From the NCBI GenBank assembly GCA_003614675.1, contig ML002338.1, forward strand, positions 1 to 40,460: a DNA stretch of 40,460 nucleotides, read 5' to 3'. Positions 36,512 to 40,460 of this stretch are shown here, in pieces. Position numbers and translations under genes: made by a program. Under the pieces are notes generated by a model. The model was given only the letters and a program-made list of their open reading frames with translations, did no database searches and had not been told where the DNA came from. This DNA is from Dimargaris cristalligena (Eukaryota). The stretch's first letter is position 1; each line of letters starts with the position of its first letter.

Positions 36512-37270
36512 ATGCCCGGAATAGGCGACCTAAACCCCCAGACCGACTACAATCCCGAAACGACCCGCCAGGGGGCCCTAATCGGCGGGATCATTGGCGG
36601 GGTGCTGGGTTTCATCATTTTGCTTCTCGTTGGTTTTTGCGTGTATGTCACCGTACGCCAGCGGCGATTGCGTCGCGACTGGACCAGCCGTCGCCAACGG
36701 GGTATCGAATCCCTCCAATTGCAATTAGCCCAACCCATCGAGCCACTAGACCGATCACTGATTCAGTATCTGCGGGTCGTCGATATCAAGCGGGAACCCC
36801 TAGCAACCTTGGAGCGCGCCCCGGAAACCCCCCGTGGCGAGGTTTCGTCGGGAGACGCGAAATTACCGCTAGTTTCCGGTGAAATTGGACACGTTGCCCT
36901 TCCGATGGGCGATCCTATCCCGGTAGGCGAGGCCGTTGAGGCGACCCAACACTTCTTGCCAACTACCTCTTCTCTCAATGGACAGCACAAGCAGGGCGAT
37001 CCGGAATCGACCCCGGCCCCCGCCGATTTGTCGTGTACCATCTGTCGGAGTGCATTAGCAAAATATCGCAAGGTCCGGCAGTTGCCGTGTCTCCATATCT
37101 ATCACGTTGAATGTAGTGACCAATGGCTGTTGGTGGAGTCCGCTACGTGTCCAACCTGTGGTTTCGACGTGCGCCAATATTGTCTGGAAAAGGCCAAAGA
37201 CCATAGCCACTCGCCTGGCTCGACCGAGAAAAACTCCTTCGAAAAGGAACCGATTGTTTATGTATTTTAG
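36512..37270 (+). CDS. Single-pass membrane RING-H2 E3 ubiquitin ligase-like protein, paralog 1 (252 aa)
   Basis: TM GALIGGIIGGVLGFIILLLVGFCVYV followed by RQRRLRR. RING-H2 pattern C-x2-C-x14-C-x-H-x2-H-x2-C-x11-C-x2-C with conserved W. Confidence 0.9.
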   Translation: MPGIGDLNPQTDYNPETTRQGALIGGIIGGVLGFIILLLVGFCVYVTVRQRRLRRDWTSRRQRGIESLQLQLAQPIEPLDRSLIQYLRVVDIKREPLATLERAPETPRGEVSSGDAKLPLVSGEIGHVALPMGDPIPVGEAVEATQHFLPTTSSLNGQHKQGDPESTPAPADLSCTICRSALAKYRKVRQLPCLHIYHVECSDQWLLVESATCPTCGFDVRQYCLEKAKDHSHSPGSTEKNSFEKEPIVYVF

Positions 37271-38888
37271 TTTGACTTATTGGCGTGTTCTTTATTTATA
37301 TCCGTGGATATAACTCAAAGCCTTACGTTACTAGACTTGGCTTAATTACTATATATAGCGGGCGGTTTATTTTAACACTGGTGGTCAATTATTTGCCCAG
37401 CAGCTTTAGCACTATTATGGCATATTCATTAATTTATAACAAAGGCTTATACTGTTGTCACCACACAACATAAATAAGAGGGACTTAAGGGCTAAGGTAG
37501 GGCCCCGAACTGCGGCATTTATAAAAAAATAATAAAAACCGTTACCATTATTCAAACTGGTGCTTGACTTCAATGGCCTTTATGATATCCATTGTGACAA
37601 GAATCTATTGATAGTAGAGCCTCCTAATACACCCCATTATATTAGAATAAATCGGGACTTAAGAAAGGCACTAGTGCGCCATAATAAAGCACTAATTCTA
37701 CCAGGGGTGGCAGATGGAGATTGGGATTAGCGCCTATGGCAATGAGCACGCCAAATCATTGGTATTTCCGCTTGGCCACTAAGCGCTGTCAACCTATGGG
37801 GTTAACCGTGGGACACCCATATATTTTAGTAGGTTTGGCCCCCATGCTGGCACATGTAAAGATGACGATCCGACAATGTGCGACTTCAATTACCCATTCG
37901 ACCCAGTCCTATTGCAGGTCGATATGGGGAGCCTCAATAATGTGCACTAACCACTATTACAGACACATTAGATGTTTCAGCTCCTACTCCATTTTCTACT
38001 GCCCACACACTAACCTATGGGTGGCCCTTAGGTCCTAGATCATCCATTTTATTGATCATTTTCCGCGCCCTTTCTCTCCTATAGCCCCCGCCTCTCCCCA
38101 CTTGCACTTTGTTTCCGCTGAAAATTTCTTCCAAGTTGACAGTGGCACCTGGGTAAAACATAGTCGTCCGACCTCCAAGGCTTTTTAGCCCTACTGTACT
38201 TATGGAGATGAAAGATCTCAGCCCCCAATACTACCACAAAAGTAAACGTTTTATGCCAGCCATTATTGACCTACATCTTGACCTAGTTGGGGGGCCTATT
38301 TCCCTTCCCCTTATTTACTCCAAAGGCGGCAGGATCGACACCATAATGATCGACATTGGTAGGAATGCTGTATACAAGCTATACAGCCCCATAGTGTTTC
38401 TGATTCAGGGCTTATAGGTCTTTTAGCGGGGAGTGATGAGTGGTTAGACTAGGGGCGATCCTAACCTATCCCCCTCATCCACCAGAGGTATAAAAGTGTC
38501 TACTAATATTATATATAATACGGGGGTCAGGAGCCCCACTTTCCGTTTACTCTATCATTTTTATTGTAATATTTAATTTGAATTGACTGCAACTAATATT
38601 TAACTAGCCTTGGTTTATTTTTTCGTATTACGTACTAGGCCCTACCCCATTGTCTCAGTACTAATTTCTCTAAGAAGATTCGTCCCTTCAAATTGCGTCT
38701 GATATTTCCGCGCGTTTACACTATTCGGTTCTTATCGATATTTCCTAGGAGACTGGGGTTAAGGGTGTGCTACTACCCAATATTTGTAAAGTGAAGCCCC
38801 AGTCCCTATATTATCATACCCCTCCCCCCCCTTTCACCCACACCTGTACCCACACACACGGCACCGTTGAACTTTCAATATAGCCACT

Positions 38889-39686
38889 ATGGCCACCTAT
38901 GATCCAGTGTCCAATAACGTGCCCGGCGATGCCGAGCTAAACCACCAGGCTGCAATTGTCACCGGGGCCGTGGTTGGTTCGGTGGGATTCATCATCTTAG
39001 TGTTAATAGGATTTTGCACGTGCTTTACCATTCGGCGCCGGCGTTTTAATCGGGCCTGGGCCGTACGCCGCCAACGGGGAATCGAGACGTTCACATCGAC
39101 GTTAGACAAGACCAAGGCCCCACCGCTGGACCCGCAGTTACTCAAGTACCTCCGGGAGACCCCAGCCAAGCGAGGCCCGCTGGGGACATTCCAGCGCGTC
39201 ATCCGGAAGGAAGGCCGCGTGCGGGGCAATAGTGAATTGGGGAAAAATGCGATTCAAATCCAACCGTCCCTCAGCGACAAGTCCCTGGCATCGTCCAATG
39301 CCACCGTCGGGCGGGCCGCTGCGGCGGACATCATTCAACCCGAATCCACGGCGACTATTACTAAAATTACAGCCGTCGCCGCCACCGCCAACGTCCCGAT
39401 CCAACCTAGCGGCAAGGATAGCGAAGAGACCTCTATGCCAACTGATGAGACTTGTCCGATTTGCATCGATGGCATGAAGATTCAAAAGGACCTCCGCCAA
39501 CTGCCGTGTCTCCATATTTTTCACACTGAGTGTATTGACGAGTGGTTGTTACAAAAATCCGCCACTTGTCCCATGTGTAAATTAGATATTCGCGAGTATT
39601 GCCGAAAGAAAGCGGGGTCCAACTACCGCAAGCCCCGCAAAACGGATAAGAAGCCTGATGAGGCGCGGTCCATTTATATTTTCTAG
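38889..39686 (+). CDS. Single-pass membrane RING-H2 E3 ubiquitin ligase-like protein, paralog 2 (265 aa)
   Basis: TM AAIVTGAVVGSVGFIILVLIGFCTCFTI followed by RRRR. RING CPICIDGMKIQKDLRQLPCLHIFHTECIDEWLLQKSATCPMCK. Shares WxxRRQRGIE and PLDxxLxxYLR with paralog 1. Confidence 0.92.
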   Translation: MATYDPVSNNVPGDAELNHQAAIVTGAVVGSVGFIILVLIGFCTCFTIRRRRFNRAWAVRRQRGIETFTSTLDKTKAPPLDPQLLKYLRETPAKRGPLGTFQRVIRKEGRVRGNSELGKNAIQIQPSLSDKSLASSNATVGRAAAADIIQPESTATITKITAVAATANVPIQPSGKDSEETSMPTDETCPICIDGMKIQKDLRQLPCLHIFHTECIDEWLLQKSATCPMCKLDIREYCRKKAGSNYRKPRKTDKKPDEARSIYIF

Positions 39687-40352
39687 TCGCCGTCCAAAAA
39701 ACGATATGCCAATTGGCCCACTGGGTATACAGCCAGTGGGTATTGCTTGTGTTTATATAATTGCTTTGTTAAAATTCTCTAATAATAAACACCGAAAAAA
39801 TAAACATAATTAAAACCTTATGGAAAGTCGCTATATTTAGTAGAATAATGGGTTGGCGTATTTTTACGGTTTTTTTTTGGCATTTTATACTATATATTTG
39901 TTGTCGGTTAAAAATATAAATCTGAAACGATAGATACCGCATAACTGAAAACGAAATGCTAGGCACGGTCCAGGGCTAAAGACCCCCCCCGTCTTCCTTT
40001 TCACAGTCCAAGTCATTAATGTTTGTTATAGATCGGTATGTATAGCTGTACACATAATATCTGGTCCATGCCTACCCTTGCTTGGCATTTTCTGCTGAAT
40101 CTCGATGCTTTGTTTATGAATATCCTTCCATCAGCGGAAGCCTTAGTGTTTCGATAACGTCAACTGAATATCACACGACCTTCCACCATACACACACTAC
40201 ACCGTTGTTGTGGCCGGGCCTACTTAATCCCTAATAGCATATCCCGGCCAAACTATTTTTAGTTTAGAAAAGATGAAGAACATCACCAAATATCAGTCTT
40301 CATCTTTTCCCACCCAGTTATAAGCCATTCAATGGCTAGGCCGTTTTTCCAA

Positions 40353-40394
40353 TATTCAACATTCAATATTCAGTATTCAGTATTCAGTATTCAT
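40353..40394. repeat. 7-bp tandem repeat (TATTCAG-like, 6 copies)
   Basis: TATTCAA CATTCAA TATTCAG TATTCAG TATTCAG TATTCAT. Confidence 0.85.
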
Positions 40395-40460
40395 AGTTCT
40401 TACTTATAACTCGAGGATCATTTAGTTATAGGAGTCTGGGGCATATCCCCAGACTTAGTA

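Noticed and set aside
16119-40455. Small 8-9 bp hairpins (about 16119-16148, 39717-39740, 40433-40455) and simple tracts ((GC)n at 27764, (TA)n)
   Set aside because: Within chance expectation and with no supporting context.

Overview
Eukaryotic, fungal-type DNA: GT-AG introns of about 130-240 nt, fimbrin/Sac6, Tsr3 and a Pol III tRNA. An early-diverging fungal lineage is my guess only. In order, the window holds tRNA-Asn(GTT), a bZIP transcription factor (minus strand) and about 9 kb with no recognisable genes. Next is a 15-kb head-to-tail array of one pseudogene plus four intact genes with uninterrupted ORFs for secreted proteins of a family I do not recognise. Fimbrin (minus), TSR3 (plus) and two tandem single-TM RING-H2 ubiquitin-ligase paralogs follow. 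The best candidate for an undescribed system is the secreted array. Each protein has a signal peptide, a variable disordered region carrying short motifs normally read by cytosolic proteins (NPFSD, PxLPPR, tandem [IV]YxxP, Q/N/P repeats), and a conserved 144-145 aa C-terminal domain bracketed by two cysteines. This pattern suggests effectors. The dead copy was hit by two independent solo LTRs, each with its own 5-bp target-site duplication (TSD). It sits in a CpG-stripped zone with C->T changes at CpG and CpA, suggesting methylation-driven or RIP-like genome defence. All alignments and counts were done by eye.
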